NCBI RefSeq assembly: GCF_006345805.1
Contig: NC_043015.1
Span: 47,182,001 to 47,246,000 of the forward strand
From: Octopus sinensis
Taxonomy: Eukaryota
Direction of reading: 5' to 3'
Length of the DNA: 64,000 nt
The notes beneath the pieces are model-generated. The model searched no databases, was not told the DNA's origin, and was given only the letters and a program-made list of their open reading frames with translations. Position numbers and translations under genes: made by a program. Shown here piece by piece: positions 25,043 to 38,028 of the stretch. The first letter of the stretch is position 1, and each line of letters opens with the position of its first letter.

Positions 25043-25989
25043 TATATACATATATACGAGCAAAACGCCCCACCGTCCAATGGACGGTACTGAGTTGTCA
25101 AACATTTAAACCAAATTTTCTCAAAACAACTTGTCCGACCGTCCCATAGGCCTCCGCTTTGAGAAACACTGATTTAACCTAAATTTGAGACACCAGCAAA
25201 AGAAGTAATAAAGATAGACTTTTTTTCTATTCCAAAGAAAAACGATTTTATTTACACAAATATGCAACTGAAGAGCTTAAAGTACCAGTTATGATAAGGC
25301 TGTTGACTGGGAGAACACAAACATGGCTTAAACAGTAAGCAGTACAAAAACAACCAAAAATGGAAGGGGCAGTTATGTACAGGTTGACGGAGGAAAAGCA
25401 GGGCAAAAACGGCTTTATCGATCGCATTCTCACCTGGAATCGATTTTTGTAATTTTTTCAAGACTTGAAACGCCCTGACACCTTCGGTATCTACATATCA
25501 AATTTGAGCGCAATCGGATGGAGGATGCCCGAGATCCTAGAAGACACACATACAGAACGGATTTTATATAAGAGATATACACATATATAATAATGTCATC
25601 AAGAGGAAGGCCCCAAAACTGCATGTGTTCTCTCCTGATGACCCCATAAATCTGCTAATGTCCAGTATACGGAGCTTTCAACTGGTACAACTTGTTTTGG
25701 CAAGCTGTTTGAAAATGATATATATATATATATATATATTGGGTTGTCTGTTAAATTCTTGTTTTTTGTTTGTTTTTTCTACTTGGTACTTCACCATCAT
25801 ACATCTGAAAAGAGGTAAAGCATTCAAATTTCAAAAACAATAAAGAAAAGTTTTAGAGGAAGAATAAAAGTACAAAACATCATAAAACACAATAATGAAA
25901 AAATATATTTTTCATGTTAATTCAAATAACATGGCAAAGATTAAAATAAATGGAAGAAAAAAGCAAAACAAGTTTATTTGAAAACCCAA

Positions 25990-26031
<42 letters not shown>

Positions 26032-28575
26032 ATCCTTGTCTCATAAAATGTTTGGCCTTGTGCCAATGTAAGAAATTAATTTTTCAAAGAAAATTTCAAG
26101 TTTCAGTGACTGTAAAGTTCAGTTCACTTACATAATTATGCCTTTGATTAAATTATTCCTGTCACAAAATCCTTTTTTCTTCTCCCATGAAAAATGGGAA
26201 ATTGCAGAGTCTGTGCATCTAGTTAAAAACAAGCCTATATTTTTGCAAATAAAACAAAATTTTCAATATTCTTATAATGCTTTTGTTACCATCTTATTTT
26301 TATTGTCTCTGAGTTCAAATCCTGCTATGGTGGACTTCACCTTTCATCTCAAGATTCAGTTAAATATGCACCAGTTACATATTTGATTCAGACAACTATT
26401 GACTATCTTCTGTCCAGCACAATTTTTCAAATATCTTGTCTCCATGTAATAAATTTATATTTCTACTTGGCTGGGGCTGGTGCCTCCTGACTGGCTCTCA
26501 TGCCAGTGGCATGTAAAAAGCACCATCTGAACGTGGTCGATGCCAGGTCTGCCTAACTGGCTCCTGTGCCAGTGACACGTAAACAGCACCAACCAAACAT
26601 GGCCAATGCCAGTTCCCCCAGGCTGGCTCCCATGCTGGTGGAATGTAAAAAGCCCCATCCAAATGTGGTTGATACCTGACTAGCTCCCATGCTGGTGGCA
26701 CATAAAAAACACCATTCGGACGTGGTCGATGCCAGGTTTACCTGACTGGCTCCTGTGCCGGGGGCATGTAAAAAGCACTATCCAATTGTGATAGTTGCCA
26801 GGTCCACCTTACTGGCTCCTGTGCTGGTGGCACGTAAAAAGCACCCACTACACTCTCGGAGTGGTTGGCATTAGGAAGGGCATCCAGCCGTAGAAACTCT
26901 GCCAGATCATATTGCAGCTGTTGGCTCTCCACACCTCAGTCAAACCGTCCAACCCATGCTAGCATGGAAAACGGACGTTAATTGATGATGATGATGATGA
27001 TGATTATGGCTGCTACTTGTCACTTCTTTTTTAAAATGGTAGGGTGTGATTTCAGAGAAATGTAGCTGTTATTTCTAGCAGAGCAAGCTATATAGATGCT
27101 CTTTCATTGCTCATCATAGTTAAGTGATGACCTACTTAAATTTGATTAAAAACATCAATGGCACTGAACTCGCCTATCTGGAAAGGTTTACAAAATTCAT
27201 CAGTGTCAAACTTCTCCTACAAATACAAAATAATTAGTAAAACTCAAACATATTTAATGAGCTGAGAAAAATAATTTTAATTAGTTAAGACAACCCCTGC
27301 ATCAAGGAGAGGTACACAAAAATCTCAAATGAAAATATGTATTCATTGGGGGTAAAAATGAATGTTATCTTTGGCAAGGATGGTGACAGCTTGATACATG
27401 CTTCAACCTTATTAGACCTCATCAGCAAAACAATCTTTACCATATCAGTAATAACAGAATCCATAAAAGTAGAACTATAGTACTACTTAAGCATGTGGTC
27501 TAACGCAATGTCTGTGTTATAGGCTGTGAATCGACCTGATCTGGGTTAGGAATAAGGTTAGGGGTTAGATGGTACACTAAAGTGTAAATTGCCATGTAGA
27601 CCCATGCTAAAGTGACACCAGAATTACTATACCAGTATCAGGAAGCACTCCGTCGGTTACGACGACGAGGGTTCCGGTTGATCCGATCAACGGAACAGAC
27701 TGCTCGTGAAATTAACGTGTAAGTGGCTGAGCACTCCACAGACACATGTACACTTAAAGTAGTTCTCGGGGATATTCAGCGTGACACAGAGAGTGACAAG
27801 GCCGGCCCTTTGAAATACAGGTACAACAGAAACAGGAAGTAAGAGTGACAGAAAGTTGTGGTGAAAGAGTACAGCAGGGATCACCACCATTCCCTGCCGG
27901 AGCCTCGTGGAGCTTTAGGTGTTTTCGCTCAATAAACACTCACAACGTCCGGTCTGGGAATCGAAACCGCGAGTCCGCTGCCCTAACCACTGGGCCATTG
28001 CACCTCCACTATACCAGTATACCACTTGCAGTAATACACACAGCTAGGTGTGACAAAATAACAATGTCTCAGGGGAGTCTCAATTTTGTCACTTTGGTTG
28101 AAATAGCAGTCAATCCTTCTGCATATCACTTTTTTTTTTCATCCTAGGAGGGACACATTACGTAATGCAATGCCAAATATTATCTGGAAACGAAAAATGA
28201 CAGGTGCGCATGGCTGGAATGCCCCATCAGTGCTGGTCAACAACATGAGAGAAAACATTTCCTGAGTCATTTTCTCTTACTCATATCTACTCTTTCTCTC
28301 TCTCTTACTCTCTCTCTCTCCCCCCCCCACACACACTCTTACAATCTCATGTTGCTTCACCCCACACCAAAAATTTAGAAATATCAGCCAAAAGACAGCT
28401 AATTCTTTTAACTACAAATATTACTCCACAGACAACAATATGTGTAACTCACATATGGCAAAAAAGAAAATAACGAAATCAAACAGTCTATGATTAATTA
28501 TGGACACGTTTCTGGATTAGAATTATACAAATTCATTTCCTTTATTGCCATAATATTTCGAGAATTAAAAATATA

Positions 28576-29703
28576 TAGTAGCGGGGGTGGTTGCTCTGAA
28601 AGTGTAACTGGTAGAATAAGAATAACCTGGGCAAAGTTCAGAGAGCTCCTACCTCTGCTGGTGACAAAGGGCCTCTCGCTCTGAGTAAAAGGTAGACTGT
28701 ATGACGCATGTGTATGAACAGCCATGCTACATGGCAGTGAAACATGGGCCATGACTGCTGAGAACATGTGTAAGCTTGCAAGGAATGAAGCCAGTATGCT
28801 CCACTGGATGTGTAATGTCAGTGTGCATACTCGACAGTGTGTAAGTGCCCCGAGAGAAAAGTTGGACCTAAGAAGCATCAGATGTGGTGTGCAAGAGAGA
28901 TGACTGCGATGGTATGGTCATGTGGTGCGAATGGATGAGGATAGCTGTGTGAAAAAGTGTTACACCCTAGCGGTTGAGGAAACCTGTGGAAGACTTGGGA
29001 TGAGGTGGTGAAGCAGACCTTCGAACATTAGGCCTCACCGAGGCAATGACAAGTGACCGAGACCTTTGGAAATATGCTGTGCTTGAGAAGACCTGGCAAG
29101 CCAAGTGGGACCTTAACCTCGTGGCTTATGCCAGGGGTGTAACTAACCCACTTAGGCGTACCTTTCTTTCATTGGACTCTAAACTCTGCTTGCGAAGACC
29201 TGTTGAGGCAAGTGAAATCGAAATTAAATTCGATGACAGCACCACATGACTGGCATCTGTGCTTGTGGAGTGCTAAGAGCACCATTTGAGTGTGATCGTT
29301 GCTAGGACCGCTGACTGGCCCCCATGCCAGTAGCACATAAAAAGCACCATTCGAGCGTGAGTATTACCAGCGTCGCCTTACTGGCACTTGTGCTGGTGGT
29401 ACGTGAAAAACAACATTTGAGCGAGGCGTTGCCAGATCCGCGGGACTGGCTCCTGTGCAGGTGACACGTAAAAACACTATTTGAGAGTGGCCGTTGCCAG
29501 TACCACCTGACTGGCCCTCGTGCCGGTGGTACGTAAAAGCACCTACTACACTCACGGAGTGGTTGGCTTTAGGAAGGACATCCAGCTGTAGAAACTCTGC
29601 CAGATCAGATTGGAACCTGGTGCAGCCATCTGGCTCACCAGTCCCCAGTCAAACCGTCCAACCCATGCTAGCATGGAAAGCGGACGTTAAACGACGACGA
29701 TGA
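28576..29703 (+). mobile_element. RTE LINE 3' end (decayed ORF tail) continuous with the family C 3'UTR
   Basis: RIRITWAKFRELLPLL...MLHGSETW...LRWYGHVVRM...DRDLWKYAV, then subrepeats and (GAT)n tail. Confidence 0.85.
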
Positions 29704-30020
29704 TATATATATATATGTGTGTGTGCGTGTGCGTGTGTATCTCATGCACACACTATCTTTACGTTAGAAATATTTTTTACCTTCACCTCTGTCAACATCT
29801 CTTCTACTTTCTCAATCCCACTCTTTCGTTTTAATCTATCGACTTTTCTCTTGTTCCAACTCCTCTATCTCTTTATGTTCCCTCTCTGTATCTCACCAAT
29901 ACTCTTTCATTTCTTTTCGTTTATCTTTCTTTCCGTTTCTTACTCCTCCTCTCTCTTCCTTATAACCACTCCATTAACCTTTCCACTTTATATATATATA
30001 TGTATATATGTATGTATATA

Positions 30021-30400
30021 TTCTGTTGTGTCTGGGGAGAGTCATTTTCTTCTTGTGCCTTATAAGGTAACACACTCACCGGTAAAATTTCCACTTTTTT
30101 CCTTATTTTTATTTTCCTAAAATTTTCGATGCGTCTGGGGAGAGTCATTTTCTTCTTGTGCCTTATAAGGTAACACACTCACTGGTAAAATTTCCACTTT
30201 TTCTTATTTTTATTTTCCTAAATTTTTCGATGCGTCTTGGAACCTTTTCAATAGTCTTGACTCTCTAGACTATTGAAAAGGTTGCAAGACACAACGAAAA
30301 TTTTAGGAAAATAAAAATAAGAAATAAGTGGAAAGTTTACCGGTGAGGGTGTTACGTAATAAGGCAAAAAAGAAAATGACTCTCACCAGACACAACAAAA
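30021..30400. repeat. Foldback element with an internal 103-bp tandem duplication
   Basis: Perfect 17-bp central stem 30241-30257/30267-30283; arms about 140 bp; units start at 30031 and 30134. Confidence 0.8.
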
Positions 30401-30454
30401 TATGCTTCAACACACGAACTCATATAAAGAATCTTGCAAACCAAATCCCAAAAC

Positions 30455-30500
<46 letters not shown>

Positions 30501-30547
30501 TATATATATATATACTTTATTTATTTATTTATTTATTTATTTATTTT

Positions 30548-30600
30548 AACAAAACTGTCTGACAAACGGGAACGTGAAACTCAGAGTAACAGGTTTTGTT
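30548..30600 (+). ncRNA. Minimal hammerhead motif, copy 1 (core G8>A), in direct repeat P
   Basis: AACAAAACTGT-CTGACAA-ACG(GGAA)CGT-GAAA-CTCAGAG-TA-ACAGGTTTTGTT. Confidence 0.6.
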
Positions 30601-30694
30601 GAATTTCTGCTGCTTTTAAATAAAGCATATTACTCTACCCCTGGTATTTGAGTACTCTTTTTTCCACCTTGTTTCACATTTATGCGTTTACTCC

Positions 30695-30744
<50 letters not shown>

Positions 30745-30784
30745 CACACACATATATATAAATGCGTGTGTGTGTGTGTATATA

Positions 30785-32442
30785 TCTATATATATAAAAG
30801 TGAAGTTGTGTGAGTGTCTGTCTCCTACGATTTAGATTCCTAACTACTCCCACATTTTGCGGTGCAGTTTAACCAAATTCGGGTATCTTATAGTCGTGAT
30901 TCATATCGAGCCCGTCTGGGTATTAGCGCGCGTCTACAATGAGTCTACGATTTTAAAAATAATTTACCATAATTTTTTTCCATTTTAAGGCATATTTTAT
31001 CCGTGTGTCGATGGCGGCGGAGTTGGCGTCCATGGTCACACCTGCACCTGTGTTGCTTCTCCCCCTTCTTCCCTCTCTCGTGAAGCTGTGGGGAAGGGAG
31101 TGTAAGGAAATCAATGTCATAAAGCGTTGTCAAGGAGACCAACGTTCTTTTAGAACAACGACTTCATGGCTTGAAGACACCAAAACAGAAATGGCTAAGA
31201 AAGCCCGAAAGCAAATTCTACAAAATCGGGAAACACGCCACACAGGGAAGGTTTCCCGTGCAAATAATTTGCAGAACCGAATGCTTTAGTTGTTGCACAA
31301 CTTTTACTTATCATCCAAACACAAACTTTTGAAGGCAATATTGTATGGCGATGGTACTTGTGAAATATGGTAATGGATTTAGTAGCCAAAAGGAGAGAGC
31401 AGAGGTATAGTATGGTGGTGGTGGAGGCGGTGGTAGTGGTAACGGTGGTGGCGGTGGTGCTGGTAGTGGTGATGGTGGTCGTCGTGGTCGTCGTGTTTGT
31501 GGTGGTGGTGGTGGTGGTGTTGTTGTTGTTGGTGGTGGTGGTGGGGGTGATGATGGTGGTGGTGGTGGTCGTCGTGGTGGTGGAGGTGGTGATGATGGTG
31601 GTGGTGGTCGTCGTGGTGATGATGGTGGTAGTGGTGGTCTTCGTGATGGTGGTGGTGATGGTCATGGTGGTAGTTGTGATGGTGTTGGTCGTGGTGGTGG
31701 TGGTGGTGGTGGTGGTGGTGGCTGAACCTGTCGTCTGGGTTCTTCCAATTTTTTCGTGTGTTGGTGGCGGCGTTGGCGTTCATGCTCGCACCTGCACCTG
31801 TGTAGCTCCTCCCATTCTTCCCTCCCTCGTGAAGCTGTGGGGAAGGCAGGGTAGGGAAATCAACGTCGTAAAGCGTTGTCAAGGAGACCACCGTTCTTTT
31901 AGAACAACGACTTCATGGCTTGTAGTCGCCAAAACAGAAATCGCTAAAAAAGCTGAAACAGATCCACAAAAACGGCAAAAACCGCCACACAGGGCAGGTT
32001 TCCTGTGCAAACAATTTGCGCAACCGAATGTTTTAGTTGTTGCACAAATCTTTATATATAAAAGTGAAGTTGTGTCTGTCTCCTACGATTTAGATTCCTA
32101 ACTACTCCCACATTTTGCGGTGCAGTTTAACCAAAACCGGGTATCTTATAGTCGTGATTCATATCGAGCCCTTCTGGGTATTAGCGCGCGTCTACGATGA
32201 GTCTACGATTTAAAAAAAAATTTACCATCATTTTTTACCATTTTAATGCATTTTTTCGCTATTATATAAGGGAAGTAACTCTCTAAAAATGTCTATGATG
32301 AGTCAACGATTTAAAAAAAAATTTACCATCATTTTTTTCCCATTTTAATGCATTTTTTTGCTATTTTTTGGCTATAACTCTCTAAAAATGCTTATATAGT
32401 TATTTCCCTTACAAACCCGAGCAACGCCGGGCGATACTGCTA

Positions 32443-32443
<1 letters not shown>
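30785..32443 (+). mobile_element. Composite non-autonomous Helitron, family 1: two 5' TC ends (30785, 32049), one 3' end
   Basis: A|TC starts with ATATAAAAGTGAAGTTG; 3' hairpin CCCGAGCAACGCCGGG then CTAG|T at 32440-32444; internal duplicated about 300-bp segment and (GTG)n. Confidence 0.8.
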
Positions 32444-32517
<74 letters not shown>

Positions 32518-32533
32518 TTTATTTATTTATTTT

Positions 32534-32585
32534 AACAAAACTGTCCGACGAACGGGAACGTGAAACTCCGAGTAACAGGTTTTGT
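32534..32585 (+). ncRNA. Minimal hammerhead motif, copy 2 (core U4>C), in direct repeat P
   Basis: AACAAAACTGT-CCGACGA-ACG(GGAA)CGT-GAAA-CTCCGAG-TA-ACAGGTTTTGT. Confidence 0.6.
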
Positions 32586-33184
32586 AGAATTTCTGCTGCT
32601 TTTAAATAAAGCATATTACTCTACCCCTGGTATTTGAGTACTCTTTTTTCCACCTTGTTTCACATTTATGCGTTTACTCCGGTATATATATATATATATA
32701 TATACATACACACATATATATAAATGCGTGTGTGTGTGTATATATCACATATATATATATATGTGTGTGTGTGTGTGTATATATATATATCCCCTCTTTA
32801 CCGTATACTCACTCTTACTAACCCTTCTACTTACTCCGTCTTATATCTTTATCTCTTGACTCTCCTCCCCTTCATTCCCTCATTTTCTATAGACGCCAAA
32901 CTCCTTTATTCGTTCTGTAGAAATATATTCAAAAAATGAAAATTCTTCGAACTTCTGAATTAATCTGAACCTCAACCACCGTTATATATAAACTTAAACT
33001 TAATTTTTTTCCCCTTAGAAACACACACACACACATATATATAAATAGAAATATATATGTGCTTAAAAATACCCCAATAAACAAACCTTGAACGATTTTT
33101 TTATCCATTTACTTCTTCAATTTACTACTTCGACAAACCAGTAGAATTATCACGTTTTATTAAAAAAATATATATTAACCGACA

Positions 33185-33226
33185 ATGTCACTACCTTTTC
33201 TACCTGGCAATACTTTTTCAACTAAT
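33185..33226 (+). CDS. EFHC2: EF-hand domain-containing family member C2, coding exon 1 of 11
   Basis: MSLPFLPGNTFSTN matches the human EFHC2 N-terminus MALPLLPGNSFNRN; GTAAGA donor. Confidence 0.88.
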
Positions 33227-33244
33227 GTAAGAAAAACTTTTTAT

Positions 33245-33289
<45 letters not shown>

Positions 33290-33534
33290 TCATTTCTCTC
33301 TATCTCTATCTGTCTATCTTCCTTTCTATTCTCATCTATCTATCTATCTATCGATCGATCCATCCATCCATCCATGTTCCACCTATGTGTGTATGTATGT
33401 ATGTATGTATGTATGTATGTATGTATGTATCTATCTATCTATCTATCTATCGATCCATCCATCCATCCATCCATCCATCCATGTTCCACCTGTGTGTATG
33501 TATGTATGTATCTATCTATCTATCTGTCCATGTC

Positions 33535-33599
<65 letters not shown>

Positions 33600-33878
33600 G
33601 GTCTATCTATCTATCGATCAATCGATCGATTCATGTTCCACCTATGTATATATGTATCTATCTATCAATCTATCTATCATTCAATTAAATAATACCAGTA
33701 ATTGCACTGGGTAAATTCAATTGTCGTTTTTCCGATTTAATATCACAAAGTGAAATTGTAAAATTGGCAGAGTTCGGAGTAGCTCCTACCTCACCTATAT
33801 AGGTTGGATTTTCTCTGTTTTCACCTCAAATTTCGTTATAATCGTAATGTATGCCGTTTGAAAGCTATTTATATAAAA

Positions 33879-34269
33879 CTAGCAGTATCGCCCGTCGTTG
33901 CTCGGGTTTGTAAGGGAAATAACTATATAAGCATTTTTAGAGAGTTATAGCCAAAAAATAGCAAAAAAATGCATTAAAAATGGAAAAAAAATGATGGTAA
34001 ATTTTTTTTTAAATCGTAGACATTTTTAGAGAGTTATTTCCCTTATATAATAGCGAAAAAATGCATTAAAATGGAAAAAAATTATGGTAAATCTTTTTTA
34101 AAATCGTAGACTCATCGTAGACGCGCGCTAATACCCAGAAGGGCTCGATATGAATCACGACTATAAGATACCCGGTTTTGGTTAAACTGCACCGCAAAAT
34201 GTGGGAGTAGTTAGGAATCTAAATCGAAGGGGACAGACACACACACAACTTCTCTTTTATATATAAAGA
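33879..34269 (-). mobile_element. Non-autonomous Helitron, family 1, complete short copy in EFHC2 intron 1
   Basis: Reverse complement of 32049-32443; A|TC...CTAG|T. Confidence 0.85.
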
Positions 34270-35652
34270 TTTCAATAAAAAAAAAACCCATTTTCCTAAA
34301 AGTTATGAGGGAAAAACTCAGATCTTGTGAATTTTCCGAAGTCCTCTCTCCCTCCCCCATTGCATTCCGCGTACTCCTTTTTTTTTTTTTTACACCCGTT
34401 GCACTGTTTTTTTGTTTTCTGATTTCGTTTCCGAGTAATAATCTCAACAGTAACCTTTTTTTTTTTTTTTTCACAACACCTTCCAATATAATTAGAATCT
34501 ACACCACCGAAAGCATATTTCCAGAAAATTTCAAAAAAAAATACTCATTTCTTTCAAAGTTATGAGGACACAAAGTCGGGGAGGTACACATTTGGGAATA
34601 CCCATGTCTTATTTACATTTGTGATTTGTGACCCCATTTGGTCATGAATGACCATGGGATTGCACCTAGAAAGTTGCCCTCTGAGGCATAAGTCTGGGCC
34701 AGGTTGTTTATGAAAGACCAACAGTCGTCCATGCATACCAGCCTCCCCTCTCCACGCCACTGATGTTATCCAAGGGAAAGGCAAAGGCCGATACAGCTTG
34801 GCACCAGTGACGTCGCAGCTCATTTATTAACGTGCAAGTGGCTGAGCCCTCCACAGACACGTGTACCCTTAACGTAGTTCCTGGGGAGATTCAGCGTGAC
34901 ACAGAGTGTGATAAGGCTGGCCCTTTGAAATACAGGTACAAGAGAAACAGGAAGAAAGAGTGAGAGAAAGTTGTGGCGAAAGAGTACAGCAGGGTTCACC
35001 ACCACCCCCTGCCGGAGCCTTGTGGAGCTTTAAGTGTTTTCACTCAATAAACACTCACAATGCCCGGTCTGGGAATCGAAACTGCGATCCTACGACTGCG
35101 AGTCCGCTGCCCTACCACTTTTATTTACATACAGATTGAATAAAAACAAAAAGTGGGTGAAAGCAGTAGAAAATGGTGTGGGGAGTACACCCCAGAACAA
35201 ATGGTGTGTCCATCCGTACCCTGCAGGCATGACTGCGATGGCGTTGCTGTGAAGAATTGCCAGCAACACTCGCTGCAGTAGCCACCCTACCTTACGGGGC
35301 TCATTTCTCTGATGGATCGCAGTGATCCTGATTTTGCGGAGGAACTCGGTAGTGCAGAGTCATTAGTACTGGATTTGATATTCTGAAACATTTAGAATTC
35401 ACATTTAAAACAAAAACAAAATTATCAGCCACTACCTCTGCATTGTAACTTTCACATTTTAATTTTAAACGTGGGATCACCAACCCATCGCAATCTCGTT
35501 TTTTGACTTCGGTTTGTCAGAGAATGGCCTTCAATGTATGTGTGCACAACCATTTATTTATTTTCGCATTAAATTCCGATATAATAGTCATCTACACCAT
35601 CTGGAAGGTATTTGTGGAAAATTTCATTAAAAAATACATGTTTCTGAATGTT

Positions 35653-35688
<36 letters not shown>

Positions 35689-37018
35689 GTTTAACGTCCG
35701 TTTTCCATGCTAGCATGGGTTGGACGGTTCGACTGGGGTCTGGGAAGCCAGGAAGCTGCACCAGGTTCCAGTCTGATCTAGCAGTGTTTCTACAGCTGGA
35801 TGCCCTTCCTAACGCCAACCACTCTATGAGTGTAGTGGGTGAATTTTATGTGCCACTGGCACGGACACCAGTCAAGGCAGCGCTGGTATCGGCCACATTC
35901 AGATGGTGCTTTGGTACTTTTTATGTGCCACCAGCATGGACGCCAGTCAAGGTGGCGCTGGCATCGTCCACGTTTGGATGGTGCTTTTTACGTGCCACCG
36001 GCATGGGCATCACAACTACAATTTCCATTTGATTTTTATTTTGATGTTGATGTACTTGACTCAATAGGTCTCCTCAGGCACAGCAGGTCACCCTACGATC
36101 CAAGGTAAGCATAGCAGGCCGTCCTGCAAGCCATGAACTCACTTCATTTGTCAGGTCTTCACAGTCACAGCATATCTCCAGAAGTCTCGGTCTTTCGCCA
36201 TTGCCTCTGTGAGGCCCAACGTTCAAAGGTCATGCTTGACCAGGAAACAAAATTGGTGGCGTGGGGGCATGGGGGCAGATCAACCCTGAGTGAGTAGTAT
36301 TGACTATGATCAAAGGCGTTCCAGCTATGAGTATCTCATTCTTTTGTATGTCCAGAATTTCATAGTACAATGTACTTTTTACTATACTCTTAACTCTTTT
36401 ACTTGGTTCAGTCATTTGACTGCGGCCATGCTGGAGCACCGCCTTTAATCGAGCAACTCGACCCCGAGACTTATTCTTTTGTAAGCCCAGTACTTATTCT
36501 ATCGGTCTCTTTTGCCGAACCGCTAAGTTACTGGGACGTAAACACACCAGCATCGGTTGTCAAGCAATGCTAGGGGGATAAACAGACACACAAACACACA
36601 CATGCATATATATATATATATATATACATATATATGACGGGCTTCTTTCAGTTTCCGTCGACCAAATACACTCACAAGGCTTTGGTCGGCCCGAGGCTAT
36701 AGTAGAAGACACTTGCCCAAGGTGCCACGCAGTGGGACTGAACCCGGAACCATGTGGTTGGTTAGCAAGCTACTTACCACACAGCCACTCCTGCGCCTAC
36801 TATTTTATTTTTTTTCATGTTTAGTAATCATCATCATCATCATCATCATCATTTAGCGTCCGTTTTCCATGCTAGCATGGGTTGGACGGTTTAACTGGGG
36901 TCTGTGAAGCCGGAAGGCTTCATCATTTGTACTAATTATTTTGTTAACACATGTCTTTGTTTTATTCATGGATTAGTTATTGTTTGACAAACTAAATTAA
37001 TCCGATTTGTTTTTTTAG

Positions 37019-37358
37019 ATCGGGAAGACCAAATTCCACAGGGCGCAGTCGTTCCAAGTAATGCAAAATGAGCTCTATTACACTGGTGACACAAAGCCAG
37101 GAATCGGAGGCGAACCTCATCCACAGCAGGAGGTACCACCTGTACGCACCGAACTGAGTTTTGCCAAGCAAACAAACATGCCAGCATGGGTCGCTTTTGA
37201 CCGACAAGTGCTCAGTTTTAATGCCTACTATCAAGAATCCGTACAGGAACTGAAAGAAGAGACATATCGTATTCATGAGTGCATGATCTATTACCATCTT
37301 GAAGACGATACCATTGAAGTATTCAATATTAAAACAAAGAACAGTAGACTCAACCAAG
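37019..37358 (+). CDS. EFHC2: EFHC2 exon 2 (start of DM10 domain 1)
   Basis: TTTTAG acceptor; IGKTKFHRAQ...KPGIGGEP...PAWVAFDRQVLSFNAY...EDDTIEV; GTAGGT donor, phase 1. Confidence 0.92.
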
Positions 37359-37987
37359 GTAGGTATCACTGCCAAATCGTTTCCGAACAAATTGAACAAT
37401 AAAGAATTCGTCTTTTCCAAGGGCCCCCCCCCCACCCCGCCACTGTCGCCACTGATTTTGTTTCCTCATAGCTTTAAGAAAAATGGATATTTTATTTTTA
37501 TGAAATTTTCTATAGGCATAGGAGTGGCTGTTTGGTAAGTACCTTGCTTACGAACCACATGGTTCCGGGTTCAGTCCCACTGCGTGGCACCTTGGGCAAG
37601 TGTCTTCTCCTATAGCCTCGGTCCGACCAAAGCCTTGTGAGTGGATTTGGTAGACAGAAATTGAAAGAAGCCCATCGTATATATGTATATATTTGTATGT
37701 GCATGTATGTTTGTGTGTCTGTGTTTGTACTCCTAGCATTGCTTGACAACCGATGCTGGTGTGTTTATGTCCCCGTCACTTAGCGGTTCGGCAAAAGCTT
37801 TGTTTCAGTCATGTGACTGGCCATGCTGGAGCACCGGCTTTAGTCAAGCAAATTGACCACAGGACTTATTCTTTGTAAGCCTAGTACTTATTCTATTGGT
37901 CTCTTTTGCTGAACTGCTAAGTTACGGGGACGTAAACACACCAGCATCAGTTGTCAAGCAATGTTGGGGAGACAAACGCAGACACAT

Positions 37988-38028
<41 letters not shown>

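Noticed and set aside
26465-26850. Regularly spaced repeats resembling a CRISPR array (also 38440-38640, 59822-60186)
   Set aside because: Units are contiguous with no unique spacers, there are no cas genes and the context is eukaryotic; they are retroposon subrepeats or tandem duplications.
27545-27572. GGTTAG telomere-like motifs
   Set aside because: Only three imperfect units; too short to call an interstitial telomeric repeat.
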